A stretch of DNA of 64,000 nt from Gammaproteobacteria bacterium (GTDB lineage: Bacteria; Pseudomonadota; Gammaproteobacteria; Burkholderiales; SG8-41): assembly GCA_041483135.1 (NCBI GenBank), contig JBGPFE010000020.1:349-64348 (forward strand), written 5' to 3'. A model generated the notes under the pieces. That model was not told where the DNA came from. It searched no databases and saw only the letters and a list, made by a program, of their open reading frames with translations. A program made the translations under genes and the position numbers. Every line of letters starts with the position of its first letter. Within the stretch, counting starts at the first letter, position 1. Of the stretch, positions 55,326 to 64,000 are shown piece by piece.

Positions 55326-55414
55326 GGCTGTCAGCGGTCAGTTTTCAGCAAAACCCGCGCTGCTGCGCCGCGGTAACTAAAGCTGAACGCTGAGTGCTGA
55401 TAGCTGAATGCTGC
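55326..55414. repeat. word hairpin element (GCTGANN 7-mers) between infA and rpmJ
   Basis: GGCTGTCAGCGGTCAGTTTTCAGC ... GCTGAACGCTGAGTGCTGATAGCTGAATGCTGC. Confidence 0.65.
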
Positions 55415-55422
55415 TTCACCAC

Positions 55423-55641
55423 TCACTTGGCGCGGAACACGATGCGGCCGCGCGTCAAATCGTACGGCGTCAAGTCCACCGTTACCTTGTCGCCGGGCAG
55501 GATGCGGATGTAATGCATGCGCATCTTGCCGGAAATATGGCCGAGCACAATGTGGCCGTTTTCCAGCTTGACCCGGAATGTTGCGTTGGGCAGGGTTTCC
55601 ACAATCTCGCCCTGCATCTGTATCGTTTCTTCTTTCGCCAT
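55423..55641 (-). CDS. infA: translation initiation factor IF-1
   Basis: [30 protein letters not shown]... Confidence 0.95.
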   Translation of the reverse strand: MAKEETIQMQGEIVETLPNATFRVKLENGHIVLGHISGKMRMHYIRILPGDKVTVDLTPYDLTRGRIVFRAK

Positions 55642-55643
55642 TC

Positions 55644-56975
55644 TCAACGTGTCGGAAATACGCCGCCGCCCTTGAAGTTCGCCTTCTTGAGCAGGCTTTC
55701 ATACTGGTGGCTCATGGCATAGGCCTGCACCTGCGACATGAAGTCCATCGTCACCACCACGATAATCAGCAAACTGGTGCCGCCGAAATAAAACGGCACG
55801 CTCTTCCACACGATCAGGAATTCGGGCAGCAGGCACACCAGCGTAACGTAAACCGAGCCTACCAGCGTGAGGCGCAGCATGATCTTCTCGATATAGCGCG
55901 CGGTCTGCTCGCCGGGCCGGATGCCGGGCACGAAAGCGCCGCTTTTCTTAAGATTATCGGCGGTTTCCTTCGGGTTGTACATCAGCGCGGCGTAAAAAAA
56001 GCAGAAGAAAATGATCGCCGCGGAATACAGGAACACGTAAATCGGCTGCCCGGGGTGCAGCGTCGCGGCGATGTTGGATAGCCAGCGCATGTTCTCGCCG
56101 GTGCCGAGCCAGCCGGCAAGGGTGGCCGGGAACAGGATGATGCTGGAAGCGAAAATCGGCGGGATCACGCCCGACATGTTGAGTTTCAACGGCAGGTGCG
56201 ACGACTGCCCGCCATAGACCTTGCGCCCGACCTGGCGCTTGGCGTAATTGACGAGGATCCTGCGCTGGCCGCGCTCGACGAAGCACACCACCGCGGTGAC
56301 ACCGACCACCAGTGCCGCGATGAAAAACACCGTCAGGATCGAGAACGCGCCGGTGCGCTGCAACTCGAGCGTGCCAACGACCGCATTGGGCAGCCCCGCG
56401 GCGATGCCGGCGAAAATGATCAGCGAAATGCCGTTGCCGATGCCGCGCTCGGTGATCTGCTCGCCGAGCCACATCAGGAATATGGTGCCGGTCACCAGCG
56501 TGATCATGGTCGTCAGCCGGAATGCAAGTCCGGGATCGAGCACGAGGCCCTTCTGACCCTGCTCGAATGCAATCGCGATGCCCAGGCCCTGGAACAACGC
56601 GAGCGCCGCGGTGCCGTAGCGCGTGTATTGGGTGATCTTGCGGCGCCCCGCCTCGCCCTCTTTCTTGAGCGCTTCGAGCGTCGGCGACACGACCGTCATC
56701 AACTGCATGATGATGGACGACGAGATGTAAGGCATGATCCCGAGCGCGAAAATCGTGAAGCGCGACAGCGCGCCGCCCGAGAACATGTTGAACATGTCGA
56801 AGATACCGCCGCGCTGCTTGTTGAACAGTTCGGCGAGCTGGACCGGATCGATGCCCGGCACCGGGATGTGCGCGCCGATGCGGAACACGATCAGCGCGCC
56901 GAGCAAAAACAACAGGCGACGCTTGAGGTCGCCCATCTTGCCCTGCATGCTCAGCATTGAATCCTGATCAGCCAA
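55644..56975 (-). CDS. secY: preprotein translocase subunit SecY
   Basis: 443 aa, 10-TM layout, [18 protein letters not shown] motif. Confidence 0.95.
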   Translation of the reverse strand: MADQDSMLSMQGKMGDLKRRLLFLLGALIVFRIGAHIPVPGIDPVQLAELFNKQRGGIFDMFNMFSGGALSRFTIFALGIMPYISSSIIMQLMTVVSPTLEALKKEGEAGRRKITQYTRYGTAALALFQGLGIAIAFEQGQKGLVLDPGLAFRLTTMITLVTGTIFLMWLGEQITERGIGNGISLIIFAGIAAGLPNAVVGTLELQRTGAFSILTVFFIAALVVGVTAVVCFVERGQRRILVNYAKRQVGRKVYGGQSSHLPLKLNMSGVIPPIFASSIILFPATLAGWLGTGENMRWLSNIAATLHPGQPIYVFLYSAAIIFFCFFYAALMYNPKETADNLKKSGAFVPGIRPGEQTARYIEKIMLRLTLVGSVYVTLVCLLPEFLIVWKSVPFYFGGTSLLIIVVVTMDFMSQVQAYAMSHQYESLLKKANFKGGGVFPTR

Positions 56976-56977
56976 TT

Positions 56978-57682
56978 TTATTCCGCCGGTTTGGTTTTCT
57001 TGGTGTTGGATTTTGCCTTGCCGGCCTCAGCTTTGGGCTCCGCCTTGGCTTTGGTTTCGGCTTTGGGAGCCTTGGCCTTGGCTTCCGCTTTCGCTTCGGC
57101 TTTGGTTTCTGCCACGGCCGCGGCTTTGGCTTTTTCTTCAGCTATGGTCGCAGCCGTCGTGGCGGCCCGCACCTTGGCCCTGGCCGTCGCATCGGCCCTC
57201 GCCGCGACTTTCTTGCCCTGCTTGGTGGAGGCCGCGTCGGCACGTGCCGGCATCTCAACCGCGCCTCCCGCAGCTTCAACCGCAGCTCTCGCGCCTTTTG
57301 AAGTCAGCAGGCCATGCAGCGTGACCTTGCGCTTGATCTCGCCTGAAACAATCACTTTCGCCGACAGCGCCTGGATCGGCACCACGCCGGCTTCTTTCAG
57401 CGCGAGTATGTCGATGGTGTCGAGTTTGAGCTTGTTCAAATCCGACAGGCGCACTTCGGCGGTATCGTCGCGCGTCGGGGATACGAAACCGCGTTTGGGA
57501 AGTCTGCGCTGCAGCGGCATCTGCCCGCCTTCGAAACCGATTTTGTGAAAGCCGCCGGCACGCGCTTTCTGCCCCTTGTGGCCAAGTCCGGCGGTCTTGC
57601 CGGTGCCGCTGCCGATGCCGCGGCCAACGCGTTTTTTCGCGTGCTTGGCACCGGCTGCCGGCTTAATCGTGTTGAGTTGCAT
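56978..57682 (-). CDS. rplO: 50S ribosomal protein L15 with a 91-aa Ala/Lys-rich C-terminal extension
   Basis: Canonical uL15 through ...[15 protein letters not shown] (aa 143). The ORF then continues to 234 aa with [32 protein letters not shown] repeats. The stop is 2 nt before secY. Confidence 0.9.
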   Translation of the reverse strand: MQLNTIKPAAGAKHAKKRVGRGIGSGTGKTAGLGHKGQKARAGGFHKIGFEGGQMPLQRRLPKRGFVSPTRDDTAEVRLSDLNKLKLDTIDILALKEAGVVPIQALSAKVIVSGEIKRKVTLHGLLTSKGARAAVEAAGGAVEMPARADAASTKQGKKVAARADATARAKVRAATTAATIAEEKAKAAAVAETKAEAKAEAKAKAPKAETKAKAEPKAEAGKAKSNTKKTKPAE

Positions 57683-57880
57683 TTAGCCCTCGCACTTCAG
57701 GAGGTAACTGACTTTGTTGAGCATGCCGCGCGTGGCCGGATTATCGATCACCTGGACCGAATGGTTGATGCGGCGCAGACCCAGGCCGCGAACCGTCGCG
57801 CGGTGCGAACGCATGGTGCCGATCAGGCTCCTGACCAGCGTGACTTTGATGGTTTTACCCGCTTGTTTCGCCTTGGCCAT
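57683..57880 (-). CDS. rpmD: 50S ribosomal protein L30
   Basis: [28 protein letters not shown]... Confidence 0.9.
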   Translation of the reverse strand: MAKAKQAGKTIKVTLVRSLIGTMRSHRATVRGLGLRRINHSVQVIDNPATRGMLNKVSYLLKCEG

Positions 57881-57883
57881 GGC

Positions 57884-58408
57884 TTAGCCCGTGATTTCTT
57901 CGACCGTCTTGCCGCGCTTGGCCGCGATCTCGGACGGCGTGTTCATCGCCTGCAGGCCGTTCAAAGTGGCGCGCACGATGTTGTACGGATTGGTCGAACC
58001 GATGCATTTTGCGAGCACGTTGGTCACGCCCATCACCTCGAAAATAGCGCGCATCGGGCCGCCCGCGATAATGCCGGTGCCGTCGGACGCCGGTTGCATG
58101 TAGACGCGCGAAGCGCCGTGGCGGCCGATCACCGCATGATGCAAAGTGCCGTTCTTCAGATTGATCTTGACGAGCTTCCGGCGCGCTTCATCCATCGCCT
58201 TTTGCACCGCGACCGGCACTTCACGCGCCTTGCCCTTGCCCATGCCGACGCTGCCGTCGCCGTCGCCGACCACCGTCAGCGCCGCAAAGCCGAGCACGCG
58301 GCCGCCTTTCACCACCTTGGTGACGCGGTTGATCGCGACCATTTTTTCGCGCAGACCGTCGCTGCGCTGCTCGCCGCCCGACATCTTGTTTGCTTGCAGT
58401 TTCGCCAT
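57884..58408 (-). CDS. rpsE: 30S ribosomal protein S5
   Basis: [17 protein letters not shown]...[10 protein letters not shown]... Confidence 0.95.
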   Translation of the reverse strand: MAKLQANKMSGGEQRSDGLREKMVAINRVTKVVKGGRVLGFAALTVVGDGDGSVGMGKGKAREVPVAVQKAMDEARRKLVKINLKNGTLHHAVIGRHGASRVYMQPASDGTGIIAGGPMRAIFEVMGVTNVLAKCIGSTNPYNIVRATLNGLQAMNTPSEIAAKRGKTVEEITG

Positions 58409-58420
58409 AATGGTTCCCGC

Positions 58421-58529
58421 CTAGTGCCGTTCCAACTTGATTGATCTAATGACCACGAGGATCCTTCTGCTGAATATTGTGCTTCGATCACCCATCATTG
58501 ATAGCTCGGAATAGTTGGATCGGCACTAG
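58421..58529. mobile_element. 109-bp inverted-repeat miniature element inserted at the rplR stop codon
   Basis: TIRs are CTAGTGCCGTTCCAAC and GTTGGATCGGCACTAG (15/16 match). CTAG lies at both boundaries. The interior is AT-rich. Confidence 0.6.
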
Positions 58530-58882
58530 AACTTGAGCCCGTGCTCACGCGCCGCTTCCGCGAGCGCCTTGACACGACCGTGATATTTGTAGCCGCCGCG
58601 GTCAAACGCGACCGCTTCGATGCCGAGCTTCTGCGCTTTTTCCGCGATGCGTTTGCCGACCTCTGCCGCCGCCTGGACGTTACCGCCGTATTTCACGCTC
58701 TTGCGCATCTCCGGCTCGAGCGTCGAGGCGCTCGCCAGCACTTTGGCGCCGCTGGGGTCGATCACTTGCGCGTAAATGTGGCCGTTCGAGCGGTGCACCG
58801 CCAGCCGAGCGACCTGGAGTTCCGCGATTTTGCGACGGGTTTGCTGCGCCCGGCGCAGCCGCGCTTCATTCTTGTCTTTCAT
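58526..58882 (-). CDS. rplR: 50S ribosomal protein L18
   Basis: [17 protein letters not shown]...[23 protein letters not shown]. Confidence 0.95.
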   Translation of the reverse strand: MKDKNEARLRRAQQTRRKIAELQVARLAVHRSNGHIYAQVIDPSGAKVLASASTLEPEMRKSVKYGGNVQAAAEVGKRIAEKAQKLGIEAVAFDRGGYKYHGRVKALAEAAREHGLKF

Positions 58883-58891
58883 ATCTCGCCT

Positions 58892-59425
58892 CTACTTCTT
58901 CTTGGTCTCTTTGAGGACCACCGCCTCGTTAACATAGCGCACGCCCTTGCCTTTGTACGGCTCGGGCCGGCGGTAGGCGCGCACTTCGGCGGCAACCTGT
59001 CCGACCGCCTGCTTGTCGATGCCCTTGATCACGATCTCGGTCTGGGTCGGCGTCTCGACCTTGATACCTTTCGGCATCTGGTGCACGACCGGATGCGAAA
59101 ACCCGAGCGTCAGGTTCAGTTTGTCGCCCTGCGCCTGCGCGCGGTAGCCGACGCCGACCAGCGTCAGCTTCTTTTCGTAGCCCTTGGTCACGCCGCACAC
59201 CATGTTCGCGACCAGCGCGCGCACCGTGCCCGACATCGCATTGGCGGCAGTCGAGTCGTTGGCGACCTTGACCTGCAGCCTGTTCTCGACCTTCTCGACC
59301 GTGACCTGCGACGACAAGGACTGTTTCAGCGTGCCGAGCGGGCCTTTCACCGAAATCTCGCTCGCCGACAGCTGGACTTCGACATTGGCCGGCAATTCGA
59401 CCGGGGAGTTTCCTATTCTTGACAT
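58892..59425 (-). CDS. rplF: 50S ribosomal protein L6
   Basis: [17 protein letters not shown]... Confidence 0.95.
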   Translation of the reverse strand: MSRIGNSPVELPANVEVQLSASEISVKGPLGTLKQSLSSQVTVEKVENRLQVKVANDSTAANAMSGTVRALVANMVCGVTKGYEKKLTLVGVGYRAQAQGDKLNLTLGFSHPVVHQMPKGIKVETPTQTEIVIKGIDKQAVGQVAAEVRAYRRPEPYKGKGVRYVNEAVVLKETKKK

Positions 59426-59450
59426 CGCTATTCCTCGCTTGCAGCGTCAA

Positions 59451-59846
59451 CTATGCAACGATGCACAACACTTCGCCGCCGATGCCCAGTCCCCGCGCCT
59501 TGCGGTCGGTCATCACGCCCTTCGAGGTCGAAACTATCGCCACGCCGAGTCCGTTCATCACCTTCGGTATGTCATCGCTCGGCTTGTAGACGCGCAGGCC
59601 CGGGCGGCTCACGCGCTCCAGTTTCTCGATCACCGGCCGGCCGGCGTAATACTTGAGGCCGACTTCAAGCACCGGCTTGCCGTCCAGCGGGCGCACCGCG
59701 AAGTCGTCGATATAGCCTTCGTCCTTGAGGACCTTGGCGATGGCGGCCTTGACCTTGCTCGCGGGCATCGCGACTGAAACTTTTTCCGACATCTGCGCAT
59801 TGCGGATGCGCGTCAGCATATCGGCGATCGGATCACTCATGCTCAT
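59451..59846 (-). CDS. rpsH: 30S ribosomal protein S8
   Basis: [18 protein letters not shown]... Start at 59846 within the longer ORF. Confidence 0.95.
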   Translation of the reverse strand: MSMSDPIADMLTRIRNAQMSEKVSVAMPASKVKAAIAKVLKDEGYIDDFAVRPLDGKPVLEVGLKYYAGRPVIEKLERVSRPGLRVYKPSDDIPKVMNGLGVAIVSTSKGVMTDRKARGLGIGGEVLCIVA

Positions 59847-59860
59847 GGTTTCTTTTGCTC

Positions 59861-60166
59861 CTACCAGCTCGCCTTGATCACGCCGGGAATTTCGCCGCGC
59901 ATCGCGATGTCGCGCAGCTTGCCGCGGCCGAGGCCGAATTTGCGGTACACCCCGCGCGGACGGCCGGTGAGCGCGCAACGGTTGCGCAACCGCACCGGGC
60001 TCGCATTGCGTGGCAGCTTCTGGAGCTTCAAGCGCGCTTCATAGCGGTCCTCTGGGCTCAACTTCTGATCGTTGATGATCGCCATCAACTGCTCGCGCTT
60101 GGCGGCGAATTTTTTCACCGTCTTGCGGCGGTTCTGGTCACGGAGTTTCAAAGCGAGTTTGGACAT
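59861..60166 (-). CDS. rpsN: 30S ribosomal protein S14
   Basis: ...[41 protein letters not shown]. Confidence 0.95.
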   Translation of the reverse strand: MSKLALKLRDQNRRKTVKKFAAKREQLMAIINDQKLSPEDRYEARLKLQKLPRNASPVRLRNRCALTGRPRGVYRKFGLGRGKLRDIAMRGEIPGVIKASW

Positions 60167-60169
60167 GGT

Positions 60170-60763
60170 TCAGTTCCTGAACGGGAATTTAAATGCCGCC
60201 AAGAGCGCCCTGCCTTCCTCGTTGGTTCTGGCGGAGGTGGTGATCGTGATGTTCATGCCGCGCAGGGCATCGATCTTGTCGTACTCGATCTCGGGGAAAA
60301 TGATCTGTTCCTTGACGCCGAAATTGAAATTGCCGCGGCCGTCGAACGACTTCACAGGGATACCGCGGAAATCGCGAATGCGCGGGATCGCAACCGTTAC
60401 CAGGCGGTCGAGGAATTCATACATGCGCGTGCCGCGCAGCGTGACCTTGCAGCCGATCGGATAGCCGGAGCGGATTTTGAACACCGCGATCGACTTGCGC
60501 GATTTGGTCACGAGCGGCTTCTGGCCGGCTATCTTGGTCATGTCGGCGACCGCGTTGTCCAAAATCTTCTTGTCATTCACCGCTTCGCCGACGCCCATGT
60601 TGAGCGTGATTTTCTCGATGCGCGGGACCTGCATCACCGACTTGTAGCCGAACTGCTGCATCATCTGCTTGATCACGTGGTCGCGATAGAGGGATTGCAT
60701 CCGCGCCTGGGCCGCGGCTGCCATGCCTTTGCTAGTCTTGGCTGGAGTGGCTGGAGTACTCAT
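60170..60763 (-). CDS. rplE: 50S ribosomal protein L5 (possible ~20-aa N-terminal extension)
   Basis: [20 protein letters not shown] core. The longest ORF starts in an ATGA overlap with rplX. Internal alternative starts lie at 60724 and 60700. Confidence 0.9.
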   Translation of the reverse strand: MSTPATPAKTSKGMAAAAQARMQSLYRDHVIKQMMQQFGYKSVMQVPRIEKITLNMGVGEAVNDKKILDNAVADMTKIAGQKPLVTKSRKSIAVFKIRSGYPIGCKVTLRGTRMYEFLDRLVTVAIPRIRDFRGIPVKSFDGRGNFNFGVKEQIIFPEIEYDKIDALRGMNITITTSARTNEEGRALLAAFKFPFRN

Positions 60764-61083
60764 GCATCGATTACTTCGCCGTTGGATTTGTAGTAGCGCA
60801 CGCGGCGGCCGTCGTCGAGCAGCTTGGTGCCGATCCGGTCGGCTTTCTTGGTGGCCGGATTGAAAATCGCGACATTCGACACGTGCAGCGGCATTTCCTT
60901 GTCGACGATGCCGCCGGTAGTGCCCTTCATCGGGTTCGGGCGCTGGTGTTTCTTGACGCGGTTTGCGCCCTCGATGAGCACGTGCTCGAGGTCGACCACG
61001 CGCAGCACGGTGCCGCGCTTGCCCTTGTCCTTGCCGGTGATGACGATCACGTCATCGCCTTTCTTGATCTTGCGCATGCTCAT
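60760..61083 (-). CDS. rplX: 50S ribosomal protein L24
   Basis: [24 protein letters not shown]... Confidence 0.95.
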   Translation of the reverse strand: MSMRKIKKGDDVIVITGKDKGKRGTVLRVVDLEHVLIEGANRVKKHQRPNPMKGTTGGIVDKEMPLHVSNVAIFNPATKKADRIGTKLLDDGRRVRYYKSNGEVIDA

Positions 61084-61106
61084 TTACCCTCATTTGCCTT
61101 CAGCTC

Positions 61107-61475
61107 TTACAGAACTTCCGGCGCGAGCGAAACAATCTTCATGAAACGCTCAGTGCGCAGCTCGCGCGTTACCGGACCGAAAATGCGGGTGCCGATCGGC
61201 TCCAGCTTCGGCGTCAGCAGCACGGCGGCATTGCTGTCGAACTTGATCATCGAGCCGTCGGAACGGCGTATGCCCTTGGCGGTGCGCACGACCACCGCAT
61301 CGTAGATTTCGCCCTTCTTGACGCGGCCGCGGGGAGCCGCGTCCTTCACGCTGACCTTGATCACGTCACCGATGCCGGCGTAGCGGCGCTTCGAGCCGCC
61401 GAGCACCTTGATGCACATCACGGCGCGCGCGCCGGTGTTGTCGGCAACATCCAGGATGGATTGCATCTGTATCAT
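61107..61475 (-). CDS. rplN: 50S ribosomal protein L14
   Basis: [17 protein letters not shown]... Confidence 0.95.
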   Translation of the reverse strand: MIQMQSILDVADNTGARAVMCIKVLGGSKRRYAGIGDVIKVSVKDAAPRGRVKKGEIYDAVVVRTAKGIRRSDGSMIKFDSNAAVLLTPKLEPIGTRIFGPVTRELRTERFMKIVSLAPEVL

Positions 61476-61628
61476 TTTTGCTCTCGATTAAAAGCCGCAA
61501 CTTTTTTCCAACTTGATCCGCCCGGCAACGTGCCGGCAGTCAGTCTTGGAACCCGTCCGGGTCAGGTCATCCGCGCCAGCCAAGCCGCTAACGTCAAAAT
61601 CCGCGGCGCGACGCAACGAAAACGTGTG

Positions 61629-61657
61629 ATTTTACAGAAAATCCCTATCTATTTCAA
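61629..61657 (-). promoter_or_regulatory. candidate spc-operon sigma70 promoter (TTGAAA-17-TAAAAT with extended -10 TG)
   Basis: Minus strand reads TTGAAATAGATAGGGATTTTCTGTAAAAT in the 205-nt rpsQ-rplN spacer, about 150 nt upstream of the rplN ATG. Confidence 0.55.
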
Positions 61658-61680
61658 GCGTTTTCAAGCTATGCAGGCAC

Positions 61681-61947
61681 TTAAACCGTGCGCGCCTTCT
61701 CGATCAGCTTGGTCACCCGCCAGGCCTTGGTCTTCGCGAGCGGCCGGCACTCCTCGATCAGCACCGTATCGCCTTCCTTGAACGCGTTCTGCTCGTCATG
61801 GGCGTGGTATTTCTTCGAGCGCGTGATGATTTTGCCGTAAAGCGGGTGTTTGACGCGGCGCTCGACCAGCACCGTCACCGTTTTGTCCATTTTGTCGCTG
61901 AGGACGCGGCCGGTCAGCGTACGCTTGTTGCTGCTCGTTTCAGTCAT
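61681..61947 (-). CDS. rpsQ: 30S ribosomal protein S17
   Basis: [31 protein letters not shown]... Confidence 0.95.
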   Translation of the reverse strand: MTETSSNKRTLTGRVLSDKMDKTVTVLVERRVKHPLYGKIITRSKKYHAHDEQNAFKEGDTVLIEECRPLAKTKAWRVTKLIEKARTV

Positions 61948-62138
61948 GACTGACGTACCTTTTCGTTAAGGATGGTGCGTACGCGCGCGATGTCGCGGCG
62001 CACTTTCCCGATCTGGCTGTTGTTGGTCAGCTGCTGGGTTGCCACCTGCATGCGCAGGCCGAACTGCGCTTTCAGCAGTTCGTTGAGCTCCTGCTGCAGC
62101 TCGGCCGGGCTCTTGGCTCTCAATTCGCTCGCTTTCAC
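61944..62138 (-). CDS. rpmC: 50S ribosomal protein L29
   Basis: [31 protein letters not shown]... Confidence 0.95.
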   Translation of the reverse strand: MKASELRAKSPAELQQELNELLKAQFGLRMQVATQQLTNNSQIGKVRRDIARVRTILNEKVRQS

Positions 62139-62141
62139 GGC

Positions 62142-62558
62142 TTAACCTCCAACCATACGGTGCACGAACGTGGTCAGCAGCGGCAGCTTGGCGGCCGCCA
62201 GGCGGAACGCCTCGCGCGCCTCGGCCTCATCGATGCCGTCCATTTCATACAGCACTTTGCCCGGCACGATCTCGGCGACCCAGTATTCCGGGTTGCCTTT
62301 GCCGTTGCCCATGCGCACTTCGGCCGGCTTCCGCGAAATCGGCTTGTCCGGGAAAATGCGGATCCAGATGCGGCCGCCGCGTCTGATGTGGCGAGTCATC
62401 GCGCGGCGCGCAGCTTCGATCTGGCGCGCAGTCAACCGGCCGCGCGTGACCGCCTTCAGGCCGTATTCGCCGAAGCTTACCTTGTTGCCGCGAGTCGCCA
62501 CGCCTTTGTTGCGGCCCTTCTGTTCCTTGCGGTACTTCCGTCTAGCTGGCTGCAGCAT
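62142..62558 (-). CDS. rplP: 50S ribosomal protein L16
   Basis: [19 protein letters not shown]... Start at 62558 within the longer ORF. Confidence 0.95.
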   Translation of the reverse strand: MLQPARRKYRKEQKGRNKGVATRGNKVSFGEYGLKAVTRGRLTARQIEAARRAMTRHIRRGGRIWIRIFPDKPISRKPAEVRMGNGKGNPEYWVAEIVPGKVLYEMDGIDEAEAREAFRLAAAKLPLLTTFVHRMVGG

Positions 62559-63312
62559 GTTTCGCTCCTGACCTTCTCTTCTTCGTTGCGGCCTTCGGCG
62601 CAGGCTTATCGGACGCGGGTTTGGGTTTATCAGGCACGGGCACCTCCGCAGCGGCGACCGGCGCCGCGAGCGGCTGCTCATGCTTGCTCATGATCTCGCC
62701 TTTGAACACCCACACCTTGATGCCGATCACGCCATAGGTGGTCTTGGCTTCGGAAAATCCGTAATCGATGTCCGCGCGCAGCGTATGCAACGGCACGCGG
62801 CCCTCGCGGTACCATTCGGTGCGCGCGATCTCGATCCCGTTCAGCCGTCCCGCGCTCATGATCTTGATGCCCTGCGCGCCGAGCCGCATTGCGTTGGTGA
62901 TCGCGCGCTTCATCGCACGGCGGAACATGATGCGCTTCTGCAGCTGCTGCGCGATCGAGTCGGAAATCAGTTGCGCGTCGAGTTCGGGCTTGCGGATTTC
63001 CTCGATGTTGATATGCACCGGCACGCGCAGCATCTTCTGCAGCTGCGCCTTGAGCGATTCGATGTCCTCGCCCTTCTTGCCGATCACGACACCGGGGCGC
63101 GCGCTGTATATCGTGATCTTGGCGTTCTTCGCCGGGCGCTCGATTATGATCTTGCCGACGGCGGCATGCGCGAGCTTCTGTTTCAGAAAATCACGCACCT
63201 TGATGTCTTCCTGCAGCATGACCGGGAAGTTCTTGCTGTTCGCGTACCACTTCGACGACCAGTTGCGCAACACCGAGAGCCGGAAACCGACCGGATGTAT
63301 TTTTTGTCCCAT
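62542..63312 (-). CDS. rpsC: 30S ribosomal protein S3 with Ala/Pro/Lys-rich C-terminal tail
   Basis: [14 protein letters not shown]... starts at 63312; 256 aa. The tail after about aa 208 is low complexity and overlaps the rplP start by 17 nt. Confidence 0.95.
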   Translation of the reverse strand: MGQKIHPVGFRLSVLRNWSSKWYANSKNFPVMLQEDIKVRDFLKQKLAHAAVGKIIIERPAKNAKITIYSARPGVVIGKKGEDIESLKAQLQKMLRVPVHINIEEIRKPELDAQLISDSIAQQLQKRIMFRRAMKRAITNAMRLGAQGIKIMSAGRLNGIEIARTEWYREGRVPLHTLRADIDYGFSEAKTTYGVIGIKVWVFKGEIMSKHEQPLAAPVAAAEVPVPDKPKPASDKPAPKAATKKRRSGAKHAAAS

Positions 63313-63314
63313 GA

Positions 63315-63653
63315 CTATTTCCTTCCGTCGCCGACGGTCAGGTGAATGTGGCAGCTGTGCTTGAGTACACGCACGCCGCGGCCCTTGGCGCGCGCGGAAA
63401 ATCGCTTCAGCACCGGCCCTTTTTCGACGCAAATACGCGTCACTTTGAGCTCGTCGATGTCGGCGCCGTCGTTGTGCTCGGCGTTGGCTATCGCGGACTC
63501 GAGAACTTTGCGGATGATTGCCGCGCCTTTTTTCGGGCTGAAAGAAAGGACATTGAGCGCTTTCTCGACCTGCAGGCCGCGGATCTGATCGGCGACCAGC
63601 CGGCCTTTCTGTGCCGACAGCCGCACGCCGTTTAGTTTTGCCTTGGTTTCCAT
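63315..63653 (-). CDS. rplV: 50S ribosomal protein L22
   Basis: [29 protein letters not shown] at 63653 after GAGGGA. Confidence 0.95.
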   Translation of the reverse strand: METKAKLNGVRLSAQKGRLVADQIRGLQVEKALNVLSFSPKKGAAIIRKVLESAIANAEHNDGADIDELKVTRICVEKGPVLKRFSARAKGRGVRVLKHSCHIHLTVGDGRK

Positions 63654-63664
63654 TAGCGCATCCC

Positions 63665-64000
63665 TCATTTCTTGGCTGGCGCCGGAGCTGCCGCCGCCGG
63701 AGCTGCCGCCGCCGCCCCAGGCGCAGCGACACTCGATTTCTTGTCAGCCGCCGCGGCCGCGGCCACGCTGCCGGCCTTGGAGTGGCCCTTGAAAATCCGG
63801 GTATGGGAAAACTCGCCGAGTTTGTGGCCGACCATGTTTTCCGAGATGTAGACCGGAACGTGCTGCTTGCCGTTGTGCACCGCGATCGTCAAGCCCACGA
63901 AATCGGGCAGGATGGTCGAGCGCCGCGACCAGGTCTTGATCGGGCGCTTGTCGTTGGACGCGCGCGCCGCCTCGACCTTGGCCATCAGGTGATAGTCGAC
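63665..64000 (-). CDS. rpsS: 30S ribosomal protein S19 (5' end beyond window) with Ala/Pro-rich C-terminal tail
   Basis: ...[43 protein letters not shown]... The frame stays open to the window edge ([12 protein letters not shown]...), so the true start lies upstream. Confidence 0.9.
   Translation of the reverse strand, partial: VDYHLMAKVEAARASNDKRPIKTWSRRSTILPDFVGLTIAVHNGKQHVPVYISENMVGHKLGEFSHTRIFKGHSKAGSVAAAAAADKKSSVAAPGAAAAAPAAAAPAPAKK

Noticed and set aside
56957-57301. 114-aa plus-strand ORF with GFGF/GLG repeats
   Set aside because: It is antisense to the L15 Ala/Lys tail. The repetitive codons create an open mirror frame. It has no start context and overlaps the secY start.
62542-63732. 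396-aa ORF implying a giant S3
   Set aside because: The first 140 codons overlap rplV in another frame and have no S3 similarity. The canonical S3 N-terminus MGQKIHP begins at 63312.
1-64000. tRNA, rRNA, tmRNA, SRP or RNase P RNA genes, and riboswitches in the larger intergenic regions
   Set aside because: I recognised no cloverleaf-compatible or conserved-core sequences by eye in the spacers 1217-1565, 3511-3881, 8545-8828, 13563-13903, 22395-22599, 26437-26831 or 51904-52113. A covariance-model scan (tRNAscan-SE, Infernal/Rfam) is needed for a definitive negative.

Overview
High-GC (about 65%) proteobacterial chromosome segment, most consistent with a Burkholderiales-type betaproteobacterium. 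It carries 12 paralogs of the Bug/TctC periplasmic solute-binding family. Positions 1-52000 are an accessory-looking metabolic mosaic. Bug receptor genes are interleaved with CoA-transferase/CoA-lyase, MmgE/PrpD, FadH-like, TauD, nitroreductase, esterase, GST and AhpD/CMD-like genes. This part also holds a DNA-damage-tolerance trio (SRAP peptidase, 3'-5' exonuclease, DinB), a BNR-propeller gene coupled to a MoaD/ThiS-like gene, and a low-GC orphan ClpX-like ATPase. Positions 52114-64000 (minus strand) hold the conserved ribosomal-protein superoperon: the distal S10 operon, the spc operon with secY-infA-rpmJ, and the alpha operon with rpoA. No rRNA, tRNA, CRISPR array or transposase gene was recognised. 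The most unusual signals are non-coding. (1) A multi-copy family of AT-rich intergenic hairpin elements has arms that are tandem arrays of 7-10 nt 'words'; seven GATT/AATC copies lie in one orientation. (2) A 276-bp non-autonomous element with a 5-bp target duplication splits a Bug gene, and clean excision restores the frame. (3) A 109-bp inverted-repeat element sits exactly on the rplR stop codon inside the spc operon. Protein-level oddities are a 91-residue Ala/Lys-rich tail on ribosomal protein L15, with similar tails on S3 and S19; a ClpX paralog lacking the zinc-binding domain and RKH loop; and a Tat-signal-bearing NAD(P)-Rossmann protein. All family assignments come from motif recognition by eye; no database search was run.
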